Virus record (IMG/VR): IMGVR_UViG_3300043178_000177
Span: 1-46,631 of that record
Length of the DNA: 46,631 nucleotides
From: a virus
Taxonomy: Duplodnaviria; Caudoviricetes
Strand: one strand, 5' to 3'
Numbering within the stretch: the first letter of the stretch is position 1; each line of letters opens with the position of its first letter. This document shows, piece by piece, positions 1 to 7,738 of the stretch. The position numbers and the translations under genes are program-made. The notes under the pieces were generated by a model that did not search any database, had not been told where the DNA came from, and was given only the letters and a program-made list of their open reading frames with translations.

Positions 1-447
1 CGCCACCACGCGCTGCCGCAGCATCGCGATGTGGCGACGGCGGCGCTGATCCGCTGCAATTTGGACATCCAGCATGCGCAGATTGGAGTCCAGGTCCGCG
101 ACGGTCGCCTGCATCACCGGCACCCACTCGCAGTCGCCGTTGAGGGGATTCAGGATGTCCACGGGCACGGCGATCAGGTTGGGCATCTCGAATTCCGGGA
201 GGTCCAGACCGAGTTGCAGGCGCGCCTCAGCCTCGGTGACTTCGGCCGCCGTTTTCATGACGCGGCGGGTAAGGTCGAAGAGTTTCTCCCGCGCCAGTTG
301 CCGGCCGAGGTCCGCGAACAAGTCGCCGTTGTTTTCGATCACCGTGTCGACGACGTCGCGGTTCAAGAAACGCCGGCCTGCGGCGCAAAACGCCGCCACG
401 GTTTCTCGAATTGCCTCGGTCAGTTCGGATCGTCTACTTGTTCTCAT
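1..447 (-). CDS. Hypothetical protein, truncated at window edge (MRTSRRSELTEAIRETVAAF...)
   Basis: Read by hand: ATG at 447 overlaps the end of the ParB-like gene; 149 codons open to base 1. Confidence 0.7.
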   Translation of the reverse strand, partial: MRTSRRSELTEAIRETVAAFCAAGRRFLNRDVVDTVIENNGDLFADLGRQLAREKLFDLTRRVMKTAAEVTEAEARLQLGLDLPEFEMPNLIAVPVDILNPLNGDCEWVPVMQATVADLDSNLRMLDVQIAADQRRRRHIAMLRQRVVA

Positions 448-1378
448 TGCGTTCGAGCTCCTGGTTGATTGCTTCGAGGAAGGCGGCCGCCTTTCGGCAG
501 TGCCCTGCAAAGTCCATGTCGGGGGTGTCCAGACTGCGAATGCCGGCGGCGATTTCCAGCGCGGAGTGCTGGCAACCGGAGATTGCCCGGGCCGCATCCG
601 CAATGGCCATGGCGGCGTAGTTGCGCTCGACGATGGGCCGTTGCGACTCTGGGGTGGGCAACTGATAGTTCAGGTTGCGGTCCAGAATGGCCATGCCGCT
701 TTCCAGCGCCTGTTTCCGGGCTGCGGCCGGAGTGGGCAGGTCCTTGCGCCGCAGCTTCCGTATCGCCGCCTTCTTCTCGTCTTCCGGTAACTGGGCGATC
801 TCACGTTGCCGGTCAGGGGGCTGTTCGGCGATGACAGAAGCGGCATGGATAGACAGCCCGCCCGCGTCCATCTGGGCGACGACTTCGTCTACCGCCTTCT
901 CGACGACCCTCTTGGCACGCTCATAAGTACTGGCGCTGTCGAAGCCCGCCTTGGCGGCAGCGACTTCGCGGGTCTCAACCCCCGGCTCAACTTCCGGGCA
1001 ATTGACCGGAAGTTCCTTGTCCGTACGCTGCCCCTGCCTGCTGCCAATGCTCTCCTCGATCGCCTTCGCGATCGCAACCCGTTCAGAGGGCGTAAAGTCC
1101 TTGCGGATCTCGTTTTCGGCGTACTCGCCGGCGACGATGCTGGAGACTCGTAGGACAACGACGGGGATCGTCTTCCAGCGCAGAATGTCGCGCATGGCCA
1201 GGAAGCGCCGCTCCCCGCAGACAAGGAGGCCGTCCTCTGTTACCACCGGCGGGTGCAGCAGCCCCACTGTCGCGATGCTGGTGGCTAGGACTTCCAGATC
1301 ACCCATGTCCTTCCGGTGGCGCTCGCCGATGCGGATCTGGTCGCAGGGAATCTCGATGATCTTCAGGGAATGCTTCAC
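434..1378 (-). CDS. ParB/Srx N-terminal domain protein (phage type)
   Basis: LATSIATVGLLHPPVV...LVCGERRFLA (ParB GxRR box), ENEIRKDFTPSE, followed by HTH-like region. Confidence 0.85.
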   Translation of the reverse strand: MKHSLKIIEIPCDQIRIGERHRKDMGDLEVLATSIATVGLLHPPVVTEDGLLVCGERRFLAMRDILRWKTIPVVVLRVSSIVAGEYAENEIRKDFTPSERVAIAKAIEESIGSRQGQRTDKELPVNCPEVEPGVETREVAAAKAGFDSASTYERAKRVVEKAVDEVVAQMDAGGLSIHAASVIAEQPPDRQREIAQLPEDEKKAAIRKLRRKDLPTPAAARKQALESGMAILDRNLNYQLPTPESQRPIVERNYAAMAIADAARAISGCQHSALEIAAGIRSLDTPDMDFAGHCRKAAAFLEAINQELERNENK

Positions 1379-1890
1379 CGCGAGCCTCCCTTTGAATCAG
1401 CGGGATCGTAGCCAGCCTCGCGGAATGCACAGCGGAGCCGCGCAATGCGGGCGTACACGGTGGACCGGGCGATGCCGAGCATGCGGCTGATCTCGGTAGG
1501 GCCGTGGTCGATCAGCAGAAGAGCCAGTGTCCGGTCAGGATCACCGAGGGGCGCGAGGACGCGCTCGAAGTCGACATGAAACTGGACCGCCGGGATACCG
1601 TCAGCGGTAGCGAACCGATGACCGTCGAGACGTTCAATCAGGACGGGACTGCGCCGGCGCCGCAGCAGGGAGGCGAAGCGCTTGTCCGCCACGCGCTCGA
1701 GGAAAGTCCGGAGGCTGGCGCGCGATGCGTCATAGTGCCGCAGCGCCATCCAGAGTCCCAAGAGGGCGTCCTGCTCGATGTCTTCGCGATCCGCGGCTAT
1801 CACCCGACCGGTTGACACCGCCGCGGCAGCGCGCACCTGAACCGCCCGCAAGGCCAGGGGGAGAGCATGGTCGAATCCTGTATCAGGCAT
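1375..1890 (-). CDS. Sigma-70/ECF-like RNA polymerase sigma factor (phage type)
   Basis: Region-2-like DREDIEQDALLGLW...YDASRASLRTF; C-terminal HTH PTEISRMLGIARSTVYARI. Confidence 0.8.
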   Translation of the reverse strand: MPDTGFDHALPLALRAVQVRAAAAVSTGRVIAADREDIEQDALLGLWMALRHYDASRASLRTFLERVADKRFASLLRRRRSPVLIERLDGHRFATADGIPAVQFHVDFERVLAPLGDPDRTLALLLIDHGPTEISRMLGIARSTVYARIARLRCAFREAGYDPADSKGGSR

Positions 1891-2224
1891 GGCGGCGCCC
1901 TCCTGCCATCTCGATTTCCATGGAGAAGGGCAGCCCGTGCTTGACTTCGAGCGTACGGATCTCGCCGGCGTCGACGGCGCGCACGTACTCGAACAACTCC
2001 GCGACTTGGGGCTTCAGTTCGAATTCATCAGGTAGGGTTCTCGCCGCGCCCGGATCCTGCGAGCCGAACTTCACATCCCGCACAACGGTCGGCCAGGGAT
2101 CAAGAACCAGTTCGCCGCGTTCAATCCGGAGATACTCAAACCGCCCGAAGCCCAGCGCCGACATGGCCGCCGCAAACGCGCGCTCGGATGGCCGGAGGTC
2201 CCGGGTCGACGTGGGGCGGTTCAT
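1883..2224 (-). CDS. Hypothetical protein
   Basis: ATG at 2224 overlaps upstream stop (ATGA); in operon between excisionase and sigma factor. Confidence 0.7.
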   Translation of the reverse strand: MNRPTSTRDLRPSERAFAAAMSALGFGRFEYLRIERGELVLDPWPTVVRDVKFGSQDPGAARTLPDEFELKPQVAELFEYVRAVDAGEIRTLEVKHGLPFSMEIEMAGGRRHA

Positions 2225-2436
2225 TGCGCCACCTCCACGCACGCGGCGCTCTGCGACTCATGGCTCTCAATCCAGGCATCGACGTCTTCGGGGCGATAGC
2301 GAACCAGGGTCCCGATCTTGACGTAACGCGGACCGCGTCCCTCAGTCCGCCACTTGCGGAGGGTGAGCACGCTGATGGCGCACGAATCCGCCACCTGGCG
2401 TTCATTCAGGAGTCGTTGGGGTGTACTCTGTTTCAT
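2221..2436 (-). CDS. AlpA/excisionase-like helix-turn-helix protein (HTH_17 type)
   Basis: LLNERQVADSCAISVLTLRKWRTEGRGPRYVKIGTLVRYRPEDVDAWI is a typical Xis/AlpA pattern. Confidence 0.85.
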   Translation of the reverse strand: MKQSTPQRLLNERQVADSCAISVLTLRKWRTEGRGPRYVKIGTLVRYRPEDVDAWIESHESQSAACVEVAQ

Positions 2437-2482
2437 CTCGATGCTCGCTGCGGGCTGTTTCCCGCAACCTCTGCATCGAGAT
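2435..2482. promoter_or_regulatory. Inverted repeat/hairpin overlapping the excisionase start codon
   Basis: ATCTCGATGC (2435-2444) / GCATCGAGAT (2473-2482) with inner TGCGGG/CCCGCA stem. Confidence 0.5.
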
Positions 2483-2516
2483 TGCCCGACCTAGCGTTTT
2501 TCCGACATACACGGAA

Positions 2517-2547
2517 CCGGAAGAAATCCGGAAGAAATCCGGCAAAT
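2517..2547. repeat. 11-bp tandem direct repeats, probable operator
   Basis: CCGGAAGAAAT x2 plus partial CCGGCAAAT between the XRE-HTH gene and the excisionase. Confidence 0.6.
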
Positions 2548-3462
2548 TCAGCGGCGGCGCGGAAGCTTCAGCGAGGCGGGCAACTCGCCTCGCAAGAGCT
2601 GCTCCAGGCTGAGATTCATCGCCTTCGCCACACCCTCGAGCGTGGATCGGCGCATCGTCCCCTCCTTCAGGAAGTTCCTCAGTGTGCGCTCCGAGACGCC
2701 AGCTTGGATGCTGAACTCCGTCTGTGAGAGCCCTCTGGCCAGGATGTACTCCTTTACCGCCGCGACTGCCTCCGGGCTGCCTACCGACCGCGGCACTGGC
2801 CCCTTATCGCCTACCGCCCGCCGGGTCTCCACCGCGCCTGCCCAGAGGATCTCGCCCTGCCCATCTACGAACACTTGCTCCTCGAGACAAAGACATTCCA
2901 CCCGGCGCTCTCGCAGCCGGCGTTCCGTCTCCACCGTTCGGAACTGGTTCGTGGGCAGCACGAGCAGGAACGAATCCGGGATGTCGAGTAGTAGGCGACC
3001 CACGGCCGCCTCGTGTGAACTTCGGGAGTGAGCCAGCAGAAAGTACACCGGGGAGTTGCACGCGTGGGGTTGTTCGGACAATCCTACGGCCCACAGGCCC
3101 GGCGAATGCGGGGTCATCGCCTGCGGTCGGATCGGCGCCGCGCGGAGCACCGGCTGCAGCAGTCCTCCCAAATCAAGCCGGTGGATGAGCGCTTCTCGCC
3201 TCGTCAGCGGCACCCGCTCGCATCGCTGATGCTCATCCTGGCAGATGGCCGCGAACTCGTCGTCGCTGTAGTCGACGATCCGGCGCGGGCACTCACTGAA
3301 GGAGTTCGGGCACGGGTACCGCTTGCCGATCATATCCGTGGGCTTCAGATGAGGCGCGGCAAACTCGAAGTCTTCGCCACACTCCTGCCGCCAGACCTCG
3401 GGCACCCCCATCAGCCCCGGAATACCCTCCAGCGCCCGCCATAGCTTATGCAGCTTCCTCAT
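2548..3462 (-). CDS. Hypothetical protein with Cys cluster and C-terminal XRE-family HTH (putative regulator)
   Basis: C-terminal GLSQTEFSIQAGVSERTLRNFL...TLEGVAKAMNLSLEQLL; N-terminal CPxxxxxCP...CxxxxxxC. Confidence 0.75.
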   Translation of the reverse strand: MRKLHKLWRALEGIPGLMGVPEVWRQECGEDFEFAAPHLKPTDMIGKRYPCPNSFSECPRRIVDYSDDEFAAICQDEHQRCERVPLTRREALIHRLDLGGLLQPVLRAAPIRPQAMTPHSPGLWAVGLSEQPHACNSPVYFLLAHSRSSHEAAVGRLLLDIPDSFLLVLPTNQFRTVETERRLRERRVECLCLEEQVFVDGQGEILWAGAVETRRAVGDKGPVPRSVGSPEAVAAVKEYILARGLSQTEFSIQAGVSERTLRNFLKEGTMRRSTLEGVAKAMNLSLEQLLRGELPASLKLPRRR

Positions 3463-4609
3463 AGGCCCGCTTGCCGTAGACGATGAACTCGCGAGCCCGC
3501 AGCCATTCCTCGAAGATCGCTGCTTCCTCGCCCCGCGGGTACCCCGACTTGTTCCCCGCCACCAGGGACAGCACCCGGGCCTTCCTGATCCCCTTCCGCT
3601 TCACCTTGATCTTGGCCCGCTTGAGCGCCGGCTGATCCGGAATTTGAGCTTGCCTGATCTCCAGGGCCATGAAAACATCGTCGGCCTTCTCAACGCTCTT
3701 GTTGTTGAGCGCGCCGCCCCAATCCATCTCCAGTTCCGTCAGTCGCGCCGATTCCAGGTCCGGGAAATCGCTGCACTCAAGCGACGCCTGCCCCAGCTTC
3801 CGCAGCGGCTCCAGGTTGTACTTCTGCGCATAGCGGAACGTCTCCGCGCTCCCGAAAAAGTGCAGCCCGAACAGTTCCCGGTACTTGCGCATGTCCGGCG
3901 CCGAGGCGCTGTTGATCCGCAACTCAGGATTCTCGGTGTCGAGGATGACCATGTCCGTCCGCTCCGGGCGGAAGAACGTGCAGGTCGACTCCTCCCCTTT
4001 GACACTGGGTTCCCGGCGGCAGGCCTGGCCGTGCTGGACGTAGAAGTGAACCGCGCCCGGCGCGTTCTTGCGCAACACCCGGCAGCGGCGCCCCTTCTTC
4101 TTCTTGCGGAAGTAGTCGCGCAGCGCCGACTCAAGTTCACTGAGGTCCTCGGGCAACTCCTGGGCGTTGATCACCATGGCCGGGTCGGCCGGGGCGAAGC
4201 TCTCGAAAGTCTTCCGGCGCTCGAAGCTGCTCTCCCGGTCCTTTTGTTGGAGCAGCCGCGGCTGGGCCAGCCAGATCAGCGCGGCCAGGTCCTGCGGTGT
4301 CGCCTCGTCGTCAACCGCGATTCCCGCCTCGCCCGCCATCTGGAGCAGGTCGTCGAAATAGGCCTCGCTGCCCAGCTCGCTGATCAGGTGCAGGCCGTCG
4401 ACCAGATCGCCGGGCATCTCCTCATCCGGGTCGGCAAGAATCGAGGCCAGGGCCTCGCAGTCGATCTCGCCGCCATTCCCCGGAGCCGGGATGGGGAAGC
4501 CCTTCGCGGCGAAGAACCCCCCAGCGGTCTGCACGATCCGGACCAAGATCTCGGGCTCGAACTGCCTCAGCATGTCCGGATGAGAAAAATACTTGAGCTT
4601 GAGTGCCAT
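3446..4609 (-). CDS. Conserved hypothetical protein of integrative elements
   Basis: 387-aa ORF with strong GC3 bias, GAGGTG RBS, overlaps next gene; no recognised catalytic motif. Confidence 0.75.
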   Translation of the reverse strand: MALKLKYFSHPDMLRQFEPEILVRIVQTAGGFFAAKGFPIPAPGNGGEIDCEALASILADPDEEMPGDLVDGLHLISELGSEAYFDDLLQMAGEAGIAVDDEATPQDLAALIWLAQPRLLQQKDRESSFERRKTFESFAPADPAMVINAQELPEDLSELESALRDYFRKKKKGRRCRVLRKNAPGAVHFYVQHGQACRREPSVKGEESTCTFFRPERTDMVILDTENPELRINSASAPDMRKYRELFGLHFFGSAETFRYAQKYNLEPLRKLGQASLECSDFPDLESARLTELEMDWGGALNNKSVEKADDVFMALEIRQAQIPDQPALKRAKIKVKRKGIRKARVLSLVAGNKSGYPRGEEAAIFEEWLRAREFIVYGKRAYEEAA

Positions 4610-4705
4610 GTACAATCACCTCAACGAGTTAGGTGGTTCGTGGCAGCAGGTCAAACCCCGTCGAAGCAGCGTCAGGCAGGCGGCCTGGAGCACAACCGAA
4701 TCCCA

Positions 4706-4735
4706 ATTCTAGCTGGCGAATAATAGGCGAAGCAA
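4706..4735 (-). promoter_or_regulatory. Sigma70-type promoter with TTCGCC-N5-TTCGCC direct repeat (LexA-like operator)
   Basis: TTGCTT-18 nt-TAGAAT on minus strand; GGCGAA at 4715-4720 and 4726-4731. Confidence 0.5.
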
Positions 4736-5085
4736 CTGCCCCAGGCCCGCCTGGTACGCCTCTGATCGGGGCCACGCTCGCACGCGGATCAGTGGGACGG
4801 CCGCCACTTCCTGCGGCCCAGCCGCTCCTCTCCCAAAGGGCGCAGCCCTCCGCAGCAAGGCTTCTCTTTCGTGCAGGAACTCTGTGGGATCCGAGAGGCG
4901 TGGACGATCAACATCCGGGTGCTCCCCGCTCGGCTCATAGATGGCACAGTTTGGGGTCTGAAACATTTCTTGGAGCCAGTGTTTTAGTTCGTTTACAATG
5001 GGCTGTGGCTAGTAATCCTTGCCAACCAGCCGCCAAGGGTTGGCAGAGTGAGATAATTTCGTGAACAGCCGATGAGGATGAAGAG

Positions 5086-6153
5086 ATGAAGAGGCGCACT
5101 CCGAGTACTCCGTTGCTGTTCCCAGAGTTCTCCAAAGGTGAGGAAAACCCATGGATCACTGCGTCGGCCAAGCCTGCGCAGGAACGCGGAAGCGCTAGTG
5201 GGCTCACCACCTTGGAGTTGTGCGCTGGTGCCGGAGGCCAAGCCATCGGCCTGGAGCAGGCCGGGTTTCACCATGCCGGGCTGGTTGAGATTGACAGGCA
5301 CGCATGCGCCACTCTGCGCCTGAACCGCCCCGGATGGGATGTGATAGAGGAAGATTTGAACACGTTCGACGGTTCATCGTTGAAGGGCGTAGACCTGATC
5401 TCAGGTGGATTGCCATGCCCTCCGTTCTCTGTTGCAGGGAAACAGCTTGGCAAGAAGGATGAACGTAACCTGTTCCCAGCTATGATCCGGCTAGTTGATC
5501 AGGTTCGGCCGCGGGCGGTGATGATCGAGAACGTAAGGGGCTTTCTCGATGCGGTTTTCCAGGACTACCGCTGCTACGTGCGAAAGGAACTGGAAAAACT
5601 TGGCTACGAGCCAGGCTGGAAGCTCATGAATGCTTCCGATTTTGGCGTTCCACAATTGCGTCCGAGGGTTGTTTTCGTCGCGGTACGAAAGGATCTGACT
5701 GAGCACTTCGCATGGCCCCAACCGTCGGATGTCCCTCCGAAGACGGTGGGAGAAACGCTGTACGACCTCATGGCAGAGAACGGCTGGAAGGGTGCGAAAG
5801 CTTGGGTGAGGCAGGCTGACGACATCGCTCCTACGATTGTGGGCGGTTCCCACAAGCACGGTGGTCCCGATCTCGGACCCACACGAGCGCGGAAAGCATG
5901 GGCGTCGCTTGGTGTCGACGGTCTTGGCATAGCGAACGACGCTCCTGGGCCTGATTTCGTCGGGATGCCGCGGCTGACTGTTCGTATGGTCGCGCGGCTC
6001 CAGGGGTTCCCGGATGAGTGGCAGTTTGTCGGCACCAAAACACAGACCTACCGGCAAGTGGGGAACGCCTTCCCTCCTCCATTCGCGCAAGCAGTTGCGG
6101 AGAGACTGAAGGCTTGCCTAATGGCGCCAAGGCTGATTCGCGTAGCCGGGTGA
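5086..6153 (+). CDS. DNA (cytosine-5)-methyltransferase, M.NgoMIV/M.NaeI-like (probable GCCGGC target)
   Basis: Motif I LELCAGAGG, IV GLPCPPFS, VI ENVRG, VIII PQLRPRV, X QVGNAFPP; TRD APTIVGGSHKHGGPDLGPTRARKAW closely matches M.NgoMIV/M.NaeI as I recall them. Confidence 0.93.
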   Translation: MKRRTPSTPLLFPEFSKGEENPWITASAKPAQERGSASGLTTLELCAGAGGQAIGLEQAGFHHAGLVEIDRHACATLRLNRPGWDVIEEDLNTFDGSSLKGVDLISGGLPCPPFSVAGKQLGKKDERNLFPAMIRLVDQVRPRAVMIENVRGFLDAVFQDYRCYVRKELEKLGYEPGWKLMNASDFGVPQLRPRVVFVAVRKDLTEHFAWPQPSDVPPKTVGETLYDLMAENGWKGAKAWVRQADDIAPTIVGGSHKHGGPDLGPTRARKAWASLGVDGLGIANDAPGPDFVGMPRLTVRMVARLQGFPDEWQFVGTKTQTYRQVGNAFPPPFAQAVAERLKACLMAPRLIRVAG

Positions 6154-6169
6154 ACCCTCAAGGATCGAA

Positions 6170-6808
6170 ATGAGATCCAAGACTCCATCAGGATCCAGGG
6201 CGAGGCTTCGGGCCTATTTCCTTTCACACGTTGGAAAGGTTCTGGATTCAGACGAATTGCGCGAGGCCTCGGGAAATGCAAGTGAATGGGCACGGCGTGT
6301 TCGTGAACTCCGGACGGAGGAAGGGTACCAGATCCTGACGCACAATGACCGGAGCGACCTGAAGCCTGGCCAATACCTTCTTCTTGACCCGAAGCCGGCT
6401 CCAGCATTTGAGCGGGGCATCTCGAAAGAAACCCGGGCGTTTGTCCTGGACCGTAACGGTTTCACGTGCCAGATGTGCGGCGCCGTCGCCGGTGAGCCGC
6501 ACCCCAGCGACCCTACTCGAAAGACGCGGCTCCATATCGGGCACATTGTCGACAAATCGATGGGCGGCAGCGACGATCCGTCGAATCTGCGGGCGATCTG
6601 CTCGGTCTGCAATGAGGGTGCGCGGAATCTCACCCTGGACCGGCCTTCACTGCAGAAGTTGTTGATTCAAGTAAGGCGCGCGACCGGTGCGGACCAGCTT
6701 GAAGTTCTCCGGTGGCTAGTCCGGAAATTTCCGAAGCAGGCAGAGCAACTTCTGCTAAGTGCACAGAGTTCCGATGCCCTGAGCGGCAAGCGCACGAGCC
6801 GCAGTTGA
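6170..6808 (+). CDS. HNH restriction endonuclease, R.KpnI-like architecture
   Basis: N-terminal FLSHVGKVL...EWARRVRELRTEEGYQIL; CQMC...HIGHI...DDPSNLRAICSVCN HNH/Zn motif; directly after the methylase. Confidence 0.8.
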   Translation: MRSKTPSGSRARLRAYFLSHVGKVLDSDELREASGNASEWARRVRELRTEEGYQILTHNDRSDLKPGQYLLLDPKPAPAFERGISKETRAFVLDRNGFTCQMCGAVAGEPHPSDPTRKTRLHIGHIVDKSMGGSDDPSNLRAICSVCNEGARNLTLDRPSLQKLLIQVRRATGADQLEVLRWLVRKFPKQAEQLLLSAQSSDALSGKRTSRS

Positions 6809-6885
6809 CCATTACGGCCAACTGCGTCGGATAAAACAGTAGAACGCGGCGAACGCTTGGCACTGCATACCCCGTGGTTGCCCAC

Positions 6886-6905
6886 AACCATGGTTAACCA
6901 TGGTT
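6886..6905. repeat. Perfect 20-bp palindrome AACCATGGTTAACCATGGTT
   Basis: Two tandem copies of a palindromic 10-mer between the HNH gene and vsr. Confidence 0.7.
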
Positions 6906-6944
6906 TGGTTGCTGCCGCGTGGCTGGCCGTTATAGTACTGCTTG

Positions 6945-7352
6945 ATGGACAAGTTGACACCAGAACGGCGCTCGGCAAACATGAGCCGGATTCGAAGCCG
7001 GCACACATCGCCGGAGATGCTCGTTCGGCGTCTGGTGCACGGCATGGGCTACCGCTTTCGACTGCACAGTCAGGATCTGCCCGGCCGCCCGGACTTAATC
7101 TTTCCCGGACGCCAGAAGGTTATTTTCGTCCACGGTTGTTTTTGGCATAGTCACGGGCGGTGTGGCATCGCCCACGTTCCGAAATCAAACCTTGCGTACT
7201 GGTTGCCGAAGTTAGAACGCACCAAACGGCGGGATGCCGCTAATCTGAAGACGCTGAGAGGCCTCGGTTGGCAGGTGCTCACCATCTGGGAATGCCAGCT
7301 GGGGAATCAAGGCGCACTTCAACGGCGGCTTAAGCGATTTCTGGACAAATGA
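6945..7352 (+). CDS. vsr: Very-short-patch repair endonuclease Vsr
   Basis: DKLTPERRSANMSRIRSRHTSPE...LPGRPDL...FVHGCFWH...WLPKLERTKRRD...IWEC; next to a C5 methylase. Confidence 0.95.
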   Translation: MDKLTPERRSANMSRIRSRHTSPEMLVRRLVHGMGYRFRLHSQDLPGRPDLIFPGRQKVIFVHGCFWHSHGRCGIAHVPKSNLAYWLPKLERTKRRDAANLKTLRGLGWQVLTIWECQLGNQGALQRRLKRFLDK

Positions 7353-7738
7353 ACCGGGCCAAATCTGAATGGGATCTGAAGCGATCTCTGCTGTTCATGC
7401 CAGTGTGCTTCGGCGGCGGCCGAGCGGAGGGCTGCCTCCGTAGGGGGCTTCTGATCGGTCGGCCCAAAGAGGAGTTCCTCTTGGACCTCCGGCGCCAACA
7501 ACGTTAGGTTCATGATCTGCGTCACCCTGGCCCGGGTGACATAGCCCAGCCGGGCCAAGTCGGCGTAGTCCTTCACCTCGCCGCGGTCCACCATGTCCTG
7601 GAACTTGATCGCCAGCGCCATCAGCCGGGTGATGCGTGAGATGCGTGGCGGCGGTGGCGCGGCCTCCTTCTTCGGCCGGCCTGCGGCTTGGCGCGCCGTC
7701 CGTTTGAGCGGGATCTCGTCTTCGCAGCGGTCTTTCAC
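7319..7738 (-). CDS. Recombinase-associated hypothetical protein (HTH-like)
   Basis: RITRLMALAIKF...DYADLARLGYVTRARVTQIMNLTLLAPEVQEELL; translationally coupled to the recombinase. Confidence 0.75.
   Translation of the reverse strand: MKDRCEDEIPLKRTARQAAGRPKKEAAPPPPRISRITRLMALAIKFQDMVDRGEVKDYADLARLGYVTRARVTQIMNLTLLAPEVQEELLFGPTDQKPPTEAALRSAAAEAHWHEQQRSLQIPFRFGPVHLSRNRLSRR

Noticed and set aside
3644-4723. 359-aa plus-strand ORF (also 7777-9336, 32084-33142, 33444-34907, 39391-41124, 41272-42423, 42219-43226)
   Set aside because: Antisense shadows of well-supported minus-strand genes in high-GC DNA; no motifs
4709-4966. 85-aa minus-strand ORF between the early operon and the methylase
   Set aside because: No RBS or motif; its 3' end runs over the promoter/operator at 4706-4735
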